The position numbers were made by a program, and so were the translations under genes. The notes beneath the pieces were generated by a model that saw only the letters and a program-made list of their open reading frames with translations, did not search any database and was not told where the DNA came from. Source: an uncultured Aquiluna sp. (GTDB lineage: Bacteria; Actinomycetota; Actinomycetes; Actinomycetales; Microbacteriaceae). Taken from it: 64,000 nt of DNA. Shown here piece after piece: positions 50,889-61,520 of this stretch (the first letter of the stretch is position 1; every line of letters starts with the position of its first letter). The DNA lies in the NCBI GenBank assembly GCA_913775595.1, contig CAJYLB010000001.1, positions 124,001-188,000 of the forward strand, given 5' to 3'.

Positions 50889-52643
50889 ATGACAGAGACC
50901 CTTACAGGTGCCCAGGCGATAATTCGATCGCTCGAGCAGCTCGGGGTGGACACAGTCTTTGGACTGCCGGGCGGAGCAATCCTCCCCACCTACGACCCGC
51001 TTATGGATTCGAGCAAGATCCGCCATATCCTCGTTCGCCATGAACAGGGCGCAGGTCACGCTGCCGAGGGCTATGCGGCAGCAAGCGGCAAGCTTGGCGT
51101 TTGCATTGCGACCAGTGGCCCCGGCGCCACCAACTTGGTGACCGCCATTGCCGATGCGCACATGGATTCAGTGCCCATGCTCGCAATCACCGGTCAGGTC
51201 AACTCGCACGCTATTGGTACCGACGCCTTCCAGGAGGCGGACATTGTCGGTATTACCATGCCGATCACAAAGCACAGCTTCCTTGTGACAAAAGCCGAGG
51301 ACATCCCTGCGGTTATGGCTTCTGCAGTTGAGATTGCGACCACCGGAAGGCCGGGGCCTGTTCTGGTGGATGTTGCTAAGGACGCTCAGAACGCGAAGTT
51401 TGAATTCAGCTGGCCTCCAGTGAAAGAGGTCACACCCGGCTACAAGCCTGTTACTGACCCGCATGGCAAGCAGGTGCAGGCTGCTGCCGAGCTCATCCTG
51501 CAGTCCAAGAAGCCAATGCTGTATGTCGGTGGCGGAGTTATCCGGGCTGGTGCTCACAAGGAGCTCCACAAGCTCGCGAAGCTGCTCGGTGCTCCGGTGA
51601 CGACAACGCTTATGGCGCGAGGTGCCTACCCCGACTCAGATCCACAACACCTCGGCATGCCAGGTATGCACGGCACGGTGCCCGCAGTCACGGGTCTTCA
51701 GAAGTCAGACCTTTTGATCACCCTGGGAGCGCGTTTTGACGACCGGGTAACCGGAGACGTCAAGACCTTCGCAAAGGGTGCCAAGGTAATCCACGTCGAC
51801 ATCGACCCTGCCGAGATCGGCAAGATTCGCCATGCGGATGTTCCAATCGTGGGAGACGCCAAGGTCGTCATTGCGATGCTCACGCAGGAGCTCGAGAAGC
51901 AGCTCAAGGGGAAGAAGTACGACATCAGTGAGTGGTGGAAGTACCTCGATGGCCTCAAGGAGCGCTACCCGCTGGGCTACAACGACCTAGAGGACGGCAA
52001 GCTCGCTCCGCAGTACGTTATCGAGAGAATCGGCCAGCTCTCCGGACCCGAGGCAATCTATGCAGCGGGTGTGGGACAGCACCAAATGTGGTCTGCTCAG
52101 TTCATTAATTACGAGAACCCCAACACTTGGCTCAACTCGGGTGGTGCAGGGACCATGGGCTATGCGGTACCCGCCGCAATGGGAGCCAAGGTCGCGATGC
52201 CGGATAAGTTGGTTTGGGCCATTGATGGCGATGGCTGCTTCCAGATGACAAACCAGGAGCTTGCCACCTGCACGATCAACAACATCCCAATCAAGGTCGC
52301 AATCATCAACAATTCCTCCCTTGGGATGGTGAGGCAGTGGCAGACGCTCTTCTATAACGAGCGTTATTCAAACACCGACCTTCACACTGGAACCGACACC
52401 GCAATGGTTCCGGACTTCGTGAAGCTTTCGGATGCCTATGGCTGCCTCTCAATTCGCGTCGAGAAAGTAGAAGAGGTTGACGCAGCGATCAAGCTCGCGA
52501 TGGAGACCAACGACCGCCCAGTGGTAATTGACTTCATCGTCGGACGTGACGCGATGGTTTGGCCTATGGTGCCAGCAGGTGTGTCAAACGATGCGGTGCA
52601 ATATGCTCGCGATGCGGCCCCGATTTGGGATGGTGAGGAGTAG
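50889..52643 (+). CDS. ilvB: Acetolactate synthase large subunit
   Basis: [28 protein letters not shown]. Confidence 0.97.
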   Translation: MTETLTGAQAIIRSLEQLGVDTVFGLPGGAILPTYDPLMDSSKIRHILVRHEQGAGHAAEGYAAASGKLGVCIATSGPGATNLVTAIADAHMDSVPMLAITGQVNSHAIGTDAFQEADIVGITMPITKHSFLVTKAEDIPAVMASAVEIATTGRPGPVLVDVAKDAQNAKFEFSWPPVKEVTPGYKPVTDPHGKQVQAAAELILQSKKPMLYVGGGVIRAGAHKELHKLAKLLGAPVTTTLMARGAYPDSDPQHLGMPGMHGTVPAVTGLQKSDLLITLGARFDDRVTGDVKTFAKGAKVIHVDIDPAEIGKIRHADVPIVGDAKVVIAMLTQELEKQLKGKKYDISEWWKYLDGLKERYPLGYNDLEDGKLAPQYVIERIGQLSGPEAIYAAGVGQHQMWSAQFINYENPNTWLNSGGAGTMGYAVPAAMGAKVAMPDKLVWAIDGDGCFQMTNQELATCTINNIPIKVAIINNSSLGMVRQWQTLFYNERYSNTDLHTGTDTAMVPDFVKLSDAYGCLSIRVEKVEEVDAAIKLAMETNDRPVVIDFIVGRDAMVWPMVPAGVSNDAVQYARDAAPIWDGEE

Positions 52644-52645
52644 TC

Positions 52646-53152
52646 ATGAGCCAACATGTGCTTTCTCTTTTGGTTGAAGACAAGCCAGGTATCCTCACCC
52701 GAGTAGCTGCGCTGTTCGCTCGTCGCGGGTTCAACATTGAATCCCTTGCCGTCGGAACCACCGAGGTTGAGGGCGTTTCCCGAATGACTGTGGTTGTAAA
52801 CCTGGATGGCCAGCCGCTAGAGCAGGTAACCAAGCAGCTAAACAAACTCGTGAATGTACTCAAGATCGTCGAGCTGGAAGACGATGCTTCGGTAGCCAGA
52901 GACCACATGCTCGTAAAGGTGAAAACCGACGCAGCCACCAGGTCACAGGTTTTAGAGGCCGTAACACTATTCAGGGCGAGGGTAATAGATGTCGTGAGTG
53001 ACTCCGTGGTAATCGAGGTCACCGGTGACAGCGCTAAGTGCAAGGCATTTATCAAGGTGCTCGAGCCGTTTGGCATCAAAGAGTTGGTCCAGTCCGGGGC
53101 CATTGCAATTTCTCGTGGATCAAAGTCCATGAGCGAGAAGGTTCTTAAGTAA
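52646..53152 (+). CDS. ilvN: Acetolactate synthase small subunit
   Basis: ACT domain LFARRGFNIESL, KQLNKL. Confidence 0.97.
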   Translation: MSQHVLSLLVEDKPGILTRVAALFARRGFNIESLAVGTTEVEGVSRMTVVVNLDGQPLEQVTKQLNKLVNVLKIVELEDDASVARDHMLVKVKTDAATRSQVLEAVTLFRARVIDVVSDSVVIEVTGDSAKCKAFIKVLEPFGIKELVQSGAIAISRGSKSMSEKVLK

Positions 53153-53166
53153 GAGCTTTTAGATAG

Positions 53167-54210
<1,044 letters not shown>

Positions 54211-54220
54211 TAGAAGGATT

Positions 54221-54251
54221 AGGACCCTGGGAAACCGGGGTCTTTTTCTTT
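54221..54251 (+). terminator. Rho-independent terminator of the ilv operon
   Basis: AGGACCCTGG-GAAA-CCGGGGTCTT followed by TTTCTTT. Confidence 0.85.
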
Positions 54252-54258
54252 CGGCGAG

Positions 54259-54288
54259 TTGCTATACCCCTAGGGGTATTAGTAAACT
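54259..54288 (+). promoter_or_regulatory. Promoter with CsoR-family operator
   Basis: TTGCTA-18 nt-TAAACT with the perfect palindrome ATACCCCTAGGGGTAT (54264-54279) lying over the spacer. Confidence 0.85.
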
Positions 54289-54321
54289 AGTGTGATTGAC
54301 GTCTGAAGAAAAGGATTGTTT

Positions 54322-54441
54322 ATGTGCTCACAAGCTATTTGTTCAAGCTGCGGCAAGGTCACCTGGGAGGGTTGCGGCCAGCACGTCGAAGAAGCGCTAG
54401 CTGGTGTTCCAGAGTCACAACTCTGCACCTGCCCTAGATAG
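54322..54441 (+). CDS. 39-aa Cys-rich microprotein (not in ORF track)
   Basis: MCSQAICSSCGKVTWEGCGQHVEEALAGVPESQLCTCPR; AAAGGA RBS, own promoter and operator. Confidence 0.85.
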   Translation: MCSQAICSSCGKVTWEGCGQHVEEALAGVPESQLCTCPR

Positions 54442-54499
54442 CAATAAACGCTAGACTTAGCGGAAATCCCATCACCGTTGATTTTCGTTAGGTCAGCTA

Positions 54500-56095
54500 T
54501 TGTCCAAACCCATAGTTCTGATTGCCGAGGAGCTGTCCCCGGCAACTGTTGAGGCGCTCGGTCCAGATTTCGATGTCCGAAATGTGGACGGGACTGATCG
54601 CACTGCCCTTTTTGCAGCCCTCGCAGATGCGAATGCTGTCTTGATTCGCTCCGCGACAAAGATGGATGCGGAGGCTGTCTCCAAGGCACCAAAGCTGAAG
54701 GTAATTGCCAGGGCTGGCGTCGGCCTAGACAACGTTGATCTCAAAGCTGCAACCGAGGCCGGAGTCATGGTCGTGAATGCTCCGACCTCCAACGTGATTT
54801 CAGCTGCAGAACTCGCTATCGGCCACATCATGGCTCTGTCTCGCCACATCCCCGATGCCCACGCATCCTTGAGGGAGGGCAAGTGGCTCAGGAGCAAGTT
54901 CACCGGGGTTGAGCTCTACGAAAAGACCATTGGAATTGTTGGCCTAGGCCGAATCGGAACCCTGGTTGCTCAGCGCCTAGCTGGGTTTGGTGCGACACTC
55001 ATAGGCTACGACCCCTATGTAACTCAGGCGAGAGCCGAGCAGATCGGGGTCGAACTGGTTGACCTAGACGAGCTTATGAAGCGCAGTGACTACGTCACGA
55101 TTCATATCCCAAAGACCCCAGAGACTACCGGGATGATCAGCGATGCTCAGTTTGCCATCGCAAAGCCAAACCTGAGAATCGTGAATTGCTCGCGCGGCGG
55201 AATCATTGATGAGGATGCGCTTTATAAGGCCCTGAGCTCAGGCAAGATTGCGGGAGCCGGGCTGGATGTGTTTGTTTCGGAACCCCCAACCGGATCTCCG
55301 CTGTTGGAGCTGGATAACGTGATTCTCACCCCTCACCTCGGGGCTTCAACCGACGAGGCTCAGGAAAAAGCAGGTGTATCAGTCGCAAGGAGTGTCAGGC
55401 TGGCGTTGGCCGGCGACCTGGTCCCAGATGCAGTCAATGTTGCGGGAGGTGTCATCGACTCGTCGGTTAAGCCAGGAATCCCGCTTGCGGAAAAGCTTGG
55501 TCAGATTGTTGCGGGATTGGCTCACACCTCAATCGTCTCTGTTGAGTTTGAGGCACGCGGCGAAATCGCAGCTCACGACGTGACGGTTTTGAAGCTTGCC
55601 GCACTCAAGGGGCTCTTTCAGACCATGGTCACCGAGCAGGTCTCTTACGTAAATGCGCCAATCATGGCGGAGCAGAGGGGCGTCGAGGTTCGTCTGACTC
55701 AGGACACGGTGAGCGATGAGTATCGAAACGTCACGACCCTAAAGGCAGTTTTGTCAGACGGCACTGTGGTCTCTGCTGGCGGCACGGTAATCGGCCCAAA
55801 GCACCACCAAAAGGTTGTCTCAATAAATGGTTATGACGTTGAGCTTGCGTTGGCCGACAACATGGTCGTTATGGTTTACCAGGACCGACCAGGCATCGTC
55901 GCGATCTATGGCGCAGCTTTTGCAGACGCCAACATCAACATAGCTTCAATGACAATTGCTAGGCAGCAAAAGGGCGGTAAAGCTCTCAGCGTGATAACTG
56001 TTGACTCGCCAATTGCCCCAGAGCTCCTAGAGGGTCTCAAGAGCAAGATTCAGGCGGAGATGATGCGGGCTATCTCGATTAGTGAGCAGTACTAA
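54500..56095 (+). CDS. serA: D-3-phosphoglycerate dehydrogenase
   Basis: RAGVGLDN, GLGRIG, TPHLGAST, C-terminal ACT domain. Confidence 0.96.
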   Translation: MSKPIVLIAEELSPATVEALGPDFDVRNVDGTDRTALFAALADANAVLIRSATKMDAEAVSKAPKLKVIARAGVGLDNVDLKAATEAGVMVVNAPTSNVISAAELAIGHIMALSRHIPDAHASLREGKWLRSKFTGVELYEKTIGIVGLGRIGTLVAQRLAGFGATLIGYDPYVTQARAEQIGVELVDLDELMKRSDYVTIHIPKTPETTGMISDAQFAIAKPNLRIVNCSRGGIIDEDALYKALSSGKIAGAGLDVFVSEPPTGSPLLELDNVILTPHLGASTDEAQEKAGVSVARSVRLALAGDLVPDAVNVAGGVIDSSVKPGIPLAEKLGQIVAGLAHTSIVSVEFEARGEIAAHDVTVLKLAALKGLFQTMVTEQVSYVNAPIMAEQRGVEVRLTQDTVSDEYRNVTTLKAVLSDGTVVSAGGTVIGPKHHQKVVSINGYDVELALADNMVVMVYQDRPGIVAIYGAAFADANINIASMTIARQQKGGKALSVITVDSPIAPELLEGLKSKIQAEMMRAISISEQY

Positions 56096-57737
56096 TTACT
56101 TTCGCTCGCTCCCTGGCATCCATGCCTGAGCGCCAGGTGGTGTAGCCGCCGTCTAGGTTTCTGACCTTCAGGCCGTGCGAGCGAAGCAGCTGTGTCGCAG
56201 TGTGGCCTCGCTGACCAACTGCACAGGTCACAATGAGATCTTTCCCCTCTAGCTGTGCAATGTTGTCTCGCAGAGCATCGACTGGGATCAGGGTCGAACC
56301 CGGGATGCTTCCCGCAGAGTTCTCCTCACTGGTTCTCACATCTACTAGCAGCGCGCCCTGCTGCATGGCACTCTCTAGCTCGTGCCACTGAATGCTTGGC
56401 GTCTTTCCTGAGAGTGAGTTGTTGCCAACGTAGCCGGTTTGATTGATGGCATCTTTTGCACTTCCAAAGGCTGGCGCGTATGCGAGCTCGAGGTTCATCA
56501 GATCATCTACGGTAAGTCCCGCATAGATGGCGGTTGCAATCACGTCAATTCTCTTATCGACGCCGTCGCGCCCAATGCCCTGAGCCCCAAGGAGTTTGCC
56601 CGTTTCAGGGTCAAAGAGCACCTTGAGGCTAACCCTCACGGCACCTGGGTAATAGCCTGCGTGGCTGGATGGGTGGAGGTGAATTACGCGGTGGGGGATC
56701 TCCATGCGCTTCGCAAGCCCTTCGGTGAGCCCGGTAAGTGCCGCGGCCATGCCGTAGGCACCGATGATTCCGGTTCCAATCGAGGGCCTAGAGCTAACTT
56801 CTTCACCTGCGATGACGTCGGCGACGAGCCTCCCGTGACGATTTGCAAGGTTGGCAAGCCAGATCATTTGGGGTTCTCCCGTGAGGAGGCTGGTCTTCTC
56901 AGCGGCATCACCGACCGCAAAAATGTTTGGATCCGAGGTCTGCATACGGTTGTTTACCGCAATGCCACCCGCCTTGCCAATTTCCAGTCCTGCATCCACG
57001 GCGAGCTGGTGGTCAGCGACAACTCCAATTGCTGCAACCACCAGGTCAGCAGGTATTACCCTGCCGTCCCTAAGACGGAGAGAGTCAGCAAGGACCTCCT
57101 CGGTTTCGGCACCAAGAGCCAGCTTGATTCCGTTTTCGACAAGAACTGCCTGCAGCGGCTCGATCATCTCTGGATCGAACTGGGGGAGGATGTTGTCCCT
57201 GAACTCTACGATCGTGGTCTCAATCCCGCGATCCTGGAGGTTCTCCGCTAGCTCGACTCCAATGAATCCAGCGCCAATGATTGCCGCGGACTTGATTTTC
57301 TTTTCATCCACCAATTTCTTGATCTCAGTTGCATCCTGGACGTCTCTGAGAACCTTGGCTCGCTCTAGCCCTGGAATCGGAACCATTCGCGGCTTAGCGC
57401 CCGTGGAGAGTACTAGGGAGTCAAAGCTCTCGAGGTATTCCTCGCCGCTCTCTAGGTTTTTCACGGTCACGGACTTTGAACTGCGGTCAATGTTTGTGAC
57501 TCTTGAGTTGACCCGGACATCCAGGCGGAAGCGCTCTCCAAGGCTCTCCGGGGTCTGAAGCAGCAGGTCCTTCTCAGCAGGAATTACTTCACCTATGTGA
57601 TAGGGCAAGCCGCAGTTTGCATATGAAACATGAGGTCCCTGTTCAAAGACAATGATTTCTGCGTCCTCGCGAAGCCTGCGGAGCCTCGTGGCGGTGGACA
57701 TGCCACCGGCAACGCCACCAACGATTACTACCTTCAT
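56079..57737 (-). CDS. CoA-disulfide/persulfide reductase with C-terminal rhodanese domain
   Basis: GGVAGG, SYANCGLPY redox Cys, GAGFIG, HAGYYPG, LAYAPAF; C-terminal DVR..E..G.IPG..CAVGQRG. Confidence 0.9.
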   Translation of the reverse strand: MKVVIVGGVAGGMSTATRLRRLREDAEIIVFEQGPHVSYANCGLPYHIGEVIPAEKDLLLQTPESLGERFRLDVRVNSRVTNIDRSSKSVTVKNLESGEEYLESFDSLVLSTGAKPRMVPIPGLERAKVLRDVQDATEIKKLVDEKKIKSAAIIGAGFIGVELAENLQDRGIETTIVEFRDNILPQFDPEMIEPLQAVLVENGIKLALGAETEEVLADSLRLRDGRVIPADLVVAAIGVVADHQLAVDAGLEIGKAGGIAVNNRMQTSDPNIFAVGDAAEKTSLLTGEPQMIWLANLANRHGRLVADVIAGEEVSSRPSIGTGIIGAYGMAAALTGLTEGLAKRMEIPHRVIHLHPSSHAGYYPGAVRVSLKVLFDPETGKLLGAQGIGRDGVDKRIDVIATAIYAGLTVDDLMNLELAYAPAFGSAKDAINQTGYVGNNSLSGKTPSIQWHELESAMQQGALLVDVRTSEENSAGSIPGSTLIPVDALRDNIAQLEGKDLIVTCAVGQRGHTATQLLRSHGLKVRNLDGGYTTWRSGMDARERAKVISTAH

Positions 57738-58069
57738 TTTCTTACCGTCCTAAGTCCTGCTCTTTGCCAGGCGACCATGCCGCCAGAAACATTTGTCACG
57801 TTGTAGCCCTCTTTTGCCAGCAGCGTTGCCGCCTGGGAGGAGCGCCCGCCCGAATTGCAAATAACCAATATCTCCCGCTCTTTGGGAATCTCTTTGAGCC
57901 TGCGGGGGAGTACTTCCAATGAAATCAACTTCGCACCCGGTGCGTGGCCACTGCGATACTCGGCGCTCTCCCTAACATCTAGCAGCATCGCACCAGCCTG
58001 GATGCGAGCCTCTGCTTCCTGCGGAGTAATCGAGGGAAACTTCGGCTTCAAAAAATCGAATAGTCCCAT
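57734..58069 (-). CDS. Single-domain rhodanese (sulfurtransferase)
   Basis: LLDVRE..EY..GHAPGA, CNSGGRS, GGMVAW. Confidence 0.92.
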   Translation of the reverse strand: MGLFDFLKPKFPSITPQEAEARIQAGAMLLDVRESAEYRSGHAPGAKLISLEVLPRRLKEIPKEREILVICNSGGRSSQAATLLAKEGYNVTNVSGGMVAWQRAGLRTVRK

Positions 58070-58075
58070 GTTTTC

Positions 58076-58333
58076 CTAGCTCAGCGCCAAAAAGGCTTTT
58101 TCAAGGCGCGCGCGATCCCTCTCGCCCTCTTCGCCGGTTCCGCAGTTCGAGATTCCAGATGCCAGAAGAGCAAAGGCGGCCTTGTTCACCGCAGAGTTGG
58201 CGGCAGCAAGTTGAGTCAGCACATCAGTGCAGTCTCTACCCTCGTCCAGCATCTTGATGATGCCCCCCAGCTGGCCCTGGGCCCTTGCGAGGCGCTTCTT
58301 TACAGCGTCGATTTCTAGTGCTGGAATCTCCAT
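58076..58333 (-). CDS. CsoR/RcnR-family repressor lacking the Cu-ligand His (CstR-like)
   Basis: RLARAQGQLGGI..M...RDCTDVLTQLAA...ASGISNC; start ATG 58333 with GGAG RBS. Confidence 0.88.
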   Translation of the reverse strand: MEIPALEIDAVKKRLARAQGQLGGIIKMLDEGRDCTDVLTQLAAANSAVNKAAFALLASGISNCGTGEEGERDRARLEKAFLALS

Positions 58334-58373
58334 AACACGCTCCATTCGAACTTGACTAAACAAACTCTAACAC

Positions 58374-58389
58374 ATACCCTAGGGGGTAT
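58374..58389. promoter_or_regulatory. CsoR-family operator in divergent intergenic region
   Basis: ATACCC-TAGG-GGGTAT between the repressor and the rhodanese lipoprotein. Confidence 0.85.
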
Positions 58390-58404
58390 TTGAAAGGACA
58401 CCCA

Positions 58405-58773
58405 TTGAAGCTTTTGAAGACCCTTGCCGCTGGCATACTTGCTCTTGTCGCCGTATTCGGACTAGCAGGATGTGCACCTGAAGAAATGAACCCACAGGAC
58501 TACGCAGCAGTAATTGACGTTCGCACCCCGGAGGAGTGGGCATCCGGCCACCTTGCTGGAGCAATCCGCATGGGCATTGCTGACAGTGACTTTGCCGCTC
58601 AGCTTGAGACCTTGGACAAGAGTGCCGATTACTACATCTATTGCCGCTCAGGTAACCGTGCTGGCCAGGCCATTGATTTCATGGAGAGCATTGGCTTCAC
58701 CGGAAAGCTGGTCAATGGTGGATCTGTTGCTAACGCGTCCGCTCAGCTTGGCCTTGAAGTGGTAACCGATTAG
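58405..58773 (+). CDS. Rhodanese-domain lipoprotein
   Basis: GAAAGGA RBS and TTG start; lipobox LAGC; IDVRTPEEW..GHL.GA; CRSGNRA. Confidence 0.88.
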   Translation: MKLLKTLAAGILALVAVFGLAGCAPEEMNPQDYAAVIDVRTPEEWASGHLAGAIRMGIADSDFAAQLETLDKSADYYIYCRSGNRAGQAIDFMESIGFTGKLVNGGSVANASAQLGLEVVTD

Positions 58774-59377
58774 CTCAGCAGACTGGGATAGGCGCTATGC
58801 CCAGGAGGCAAGCGTCTGGTCTTTGGAGCCAAACCAGTTTGTCGTAAGTGAGCTGGGGGACCTCCCTCCGGGGCAAGTAGTTGACCTTGCTGGCGGGGAA
58901 GGCCGCAATGCGCTTTGGCTTGCCTCTAAGGGCTGGCAGGCCGAGAACGTCGAGTTCTCAAAAGTTGCTCTTGCTAAATATATTGCGAGGGCTGGCGCAC
59001 TTGGGCTCGAGAAACAATCTCGTGCTACTCACGCTGATGCCAAGCACGCCAAGTTTCAGCTCAAGCCGGACCTGCTACTTATCTGCTACCTCCAACTGCC
59101 TTGGGCAGAGCTTGAGCAAGCTCTCGATAACGCACTGGAGCAGCTTGGCGATGGAGAGATATTCGGGGTTTGGCACGCCTTGAGGAATGTAACCGAGGGT
59201 TTCGGCGGACCTCCATTGCCTGAGCTGAATGTCGATCCCGATAAGTTGAGAAGCTGGGCGGAATCGCGAGGTCTAATCTTTGATTGTCGAGAGCTGAAGC
59301 GCAGGGTCTCCAAGGATGGCGCTGAAATGACCGCTATCGACGTGCAATTTAGGGCAAGCGTTCACAAAAGCGAATAG
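58769..59377 (+). CDS. Class I SAM-dependent methyltransferase (start uncertain; ATT at 58769 proposed)
   Basis: WDRRY..W..EPN N-terminus, [16 protein letters not shown]....VEFS, GGPP motifs. Confidence 0.8.
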   Translation: MSSADWDRRYAQEASVWSLEPNQFVVSELGDLPPGQVVDLAGGEGRNALWLASKGWQAENVEFSKVALAKYIARAGALGLEKQSRATHADAKHAKFQLKPDLLLICYLQLPWAELEQALDNALEQLGDGEIFGVWHALRNVTEGFGGPPLPELNVDPDKLRSWAESRGLIFDCRELKRRVSKDGAEMTAIDVQFRASVHKSE

Positions 59378-59405
59378 GGTTGTCTCAGAAAATTGTGAGG
59401 CAATC

Positions 59406-60431
59406 TTGAGCGCGCTGAATCTAGCTGTAATTCCAGGTGACGGCATTGGTCCGGAGGTAACCAGCGTTGCTCTCAGGGCTCTAGAAAAGGCTCTGGACGG
59501 GGTTGTCGTCAAGACAACCGAGTATGACCTTGGCGCAAACCGGTACCTAGCAAACGGCGAAATTCTCACTGATGAAGATCTTTCAAACCTGAAAAAGCAC
59601 GATGCTATCTTGCTTGGTGCTATTGGCGACCCAAGGGTTCCCTCTGGGGTGCTGGAGCGAGGGCTGCTGTTGAAGCTGCGCTTCGCATTTGACCACCACA
59701 TCAACCTTCGCCCTACGAAACTGTTTGCAGGAGTCAGCAGCGTGCTGTCCCAAGCCAAGGACATTGACTTCGTGGTTGTACGCGAGGGCACCGAGGGTCC
59801 ATACGTTGGTAACGGAGGCGCACTGAGGGTCGGCAGTGACCAGGAGCTAGCAAATGAAGTGTCAGTGAATACCTACCATGGGGTTTCGAGGGCAGTCCGC
59901 TACGCGTTTGAGCTAGCGAACAGCAGAAAGCGGAAGCAACTCACGCTCGTTCATAAAACTAACGTTCTGGTGCACGCTGGAAAGCTGTGGCTAAGGCTTG
60001 TTGAGGAAACTGCCAGTGAGTATCCAGAGGTTACCCACGACTACATGCACATCGATGCGGCAACAATTCACATGGTGAACTCGCCTGAGCGCTTTGATGT
60101 GATCGTTACGGACAACCTGTTTGGCGACATCATTACCGATCTTGCGGCAGCCATTTCTGGTGGCATAGGCCTGGCTGCTTCCGCTAACCTAAACCCCACT
60201 GGGGCCTTTCCCTCCATGTTCGAACCCGTTCATGGATCAGCTCCAGACATCGCCGGAAAAAATCTGGCAGATCCAACCGCGGCAATCCTCTCCGCGGCAC
60301 TTCTCGCAAAGACCCTCGGACATTCGAGTGCTGCGCAGAAGATTGAGAACGGAGTCTCTGATTACCTTGCTGGAAGCGAGAAGGCCTCCGGCACCTCAGA
60401 GATCGCAACGGCGATACTGGAGAAGATTTAG
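59406..60431 (+). CDS. leuB: 3-isopropylmalate dehydrogenase
   Basis: [40 protein letters not shown]. Confidence 0.96.
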   Translation: MSALNLAVIPGDGIGPEVTSVALRALEKALDGVVVKTTEYDLGANRYLANGEILTDEDLSNLKKHDAILLGAIGDPRVPSGVLERGLLLKLRFAFDHHINLRPTKLFAGVSSVLSQAKDIDFVVVREGTEGPYVGNGGALRVGSDQELANEVSVNTYHGVSRAVRYAFELANSRKRKQLTLVHKTNVLVHAGKLWLRLVEETASEYPEVTHDYMHIDAATIHMVNSPERFDVIVTDNLFGDIITDLAAAISGGIGLAASANLNPTGAFPSMFEPVHGSAPDIAGKNLADPTAAILSAALLAKTLGHSSAAQKIENGVSDYLAGSEKASGTSEIATAILEKI

Positions 60432-60434
60432 AAA

Positions 60435-61520
60435 ATGCAGTTTCAGGTTTCTGTAAACGAGAGTCCGCTTGCGGCCGCTGAGCGCGAGCGCATTCTCGCC
60501 AACCCGACTTTTGGGACCCATTTCTCCGATCATCAGGTAGTGATTACCTGGGAAAAAGACAGGGGTTGGCACTCGCCACAAGTGATTCCCTACGGACCTA
60601 TCCAGATGGACCCTTCTTCGGCGGTGCTCCACTACGGCCAAGAGATTTTTGAGGGCATCAAGGCCTATCGTCACCAGGACGGGTCAATTTGGACCTTCCG
60701 TCCCGAGATGAATGCTGCAAGGCTGCAGCGCTCCGCAAGGCGCATGGCGCTTCCTGAGCTGCCGGTAGAGCTATTTGTGCAGTCGATGAAGGAGCTCATT
60801 GCACTAGATGGCGACTGGGTTCCAAGTCCTGAGGGCGAGAAGACGCTCTACCTAAGGCCTTTTGAGATTGCCGCCGAGAACTTTCTCGGGGTCAGAGCTG
60901 CGCATCGGGTCGAGTATCGACTGATTGCGTCTCCCGTCGGCCCCTATTTCACCGGAGGCATAAAGCCTGTTTCGATTTGGATTGCCCTCGATTCGGCCCG
61001 TGCTGGCAAGCACGGCACCGGAGAGGCCAAGACCGGTGGAAATTACGCTGCCTCACTTCTTGCTCAGCAAGAAGGAAACGACAACGGCTGCTCACAGGTC
61101 ATGTTCTTGGATGCTGAAACCTCGACCTACATCGAAGAGCTGGGCGGCATGAACCTATTCTTCGTGCACTCAGATGGCAGCGTTGTAACCCCACCTCTGG
61201 ATGGCACCATTCTTCATGGCATAACGAGAGACTCAGTCATTCAGCTCTTGAAGGACGCCGGCCATGAAGTGAAGGAACAGAAGATGTCGCTGGATGAGCT
61301 GCGTCAGTCCGTTTCCTCAGGCAAGATCACAGAAGTATTTGCCTGCGGCACCGCCGCAGTGATTACCCCCGTGGGGCTCCTCAAATCACGCGAGGAAGAA
61401 ATCGTGATTGGTGGAAACGAGCCAGGAGCGCTCACTGTATCTCTGAGACAGGAATTGACCGGCATTCAGTATGGAACGGTCCCCGACCGCCATGGCTGGA
61501 TGGTCAAGCTAAGCAGCTAA
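60435..61520 (+). CDS. ilvE: Branched-chain amino acid aminotransferase
   Basis: LHYGQEIFEGIKAY, AKTGGNYA, GITRDS, CGTAAVI. Confidence 0.96.
   Translation: MQFQVSVNESPLAAAERERILANPTFGTHFSDHQVVITWEKDRGWHSPQVIPYGPIQMDPSSAVLHYGQEIFEGIKAYRHQDGSIWTFRPEMNAARLQRSARRMALPELPVELFVQSMKELIALDGDWVPSPEGEKTLYLRPFEIAAENFLGVRAAHRVEYRLIASPVGPYFTGGIKPVSIWIALDSARAGKHGTGEAKTGGNYAASLLAQQEGNDNGCSQVMFLDAETSTYIEELGGMNLFFVHSDGSVVTPPLDGTILHGITRDSVIQLLKDAGHEVKEQKMSLDELRQSVSSGKITEVFACGTAAVITPVGLLKSREEEIVIGGNEPGALTVSLRQELTGIQYGTVPDRHGWMVKLSS

Noticed and set aside
49615..51161. Minus-strand ORFs of 231 and 200 aa
   Set aside because: Antisense shadows of ilvD and ilvB
54279..54692. Minus-strand 137-aa ORF across the ilvC-serA gap
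   Set aside because: Overlaps serA and the better-supported plus-strand Cys-rich ORF that has a promoter and RBS
56439..57558. Long plus-strand ORFs of 270 and 235 aa
   Set aside because: Antisense shadows of the CoADR-rhodanese gene
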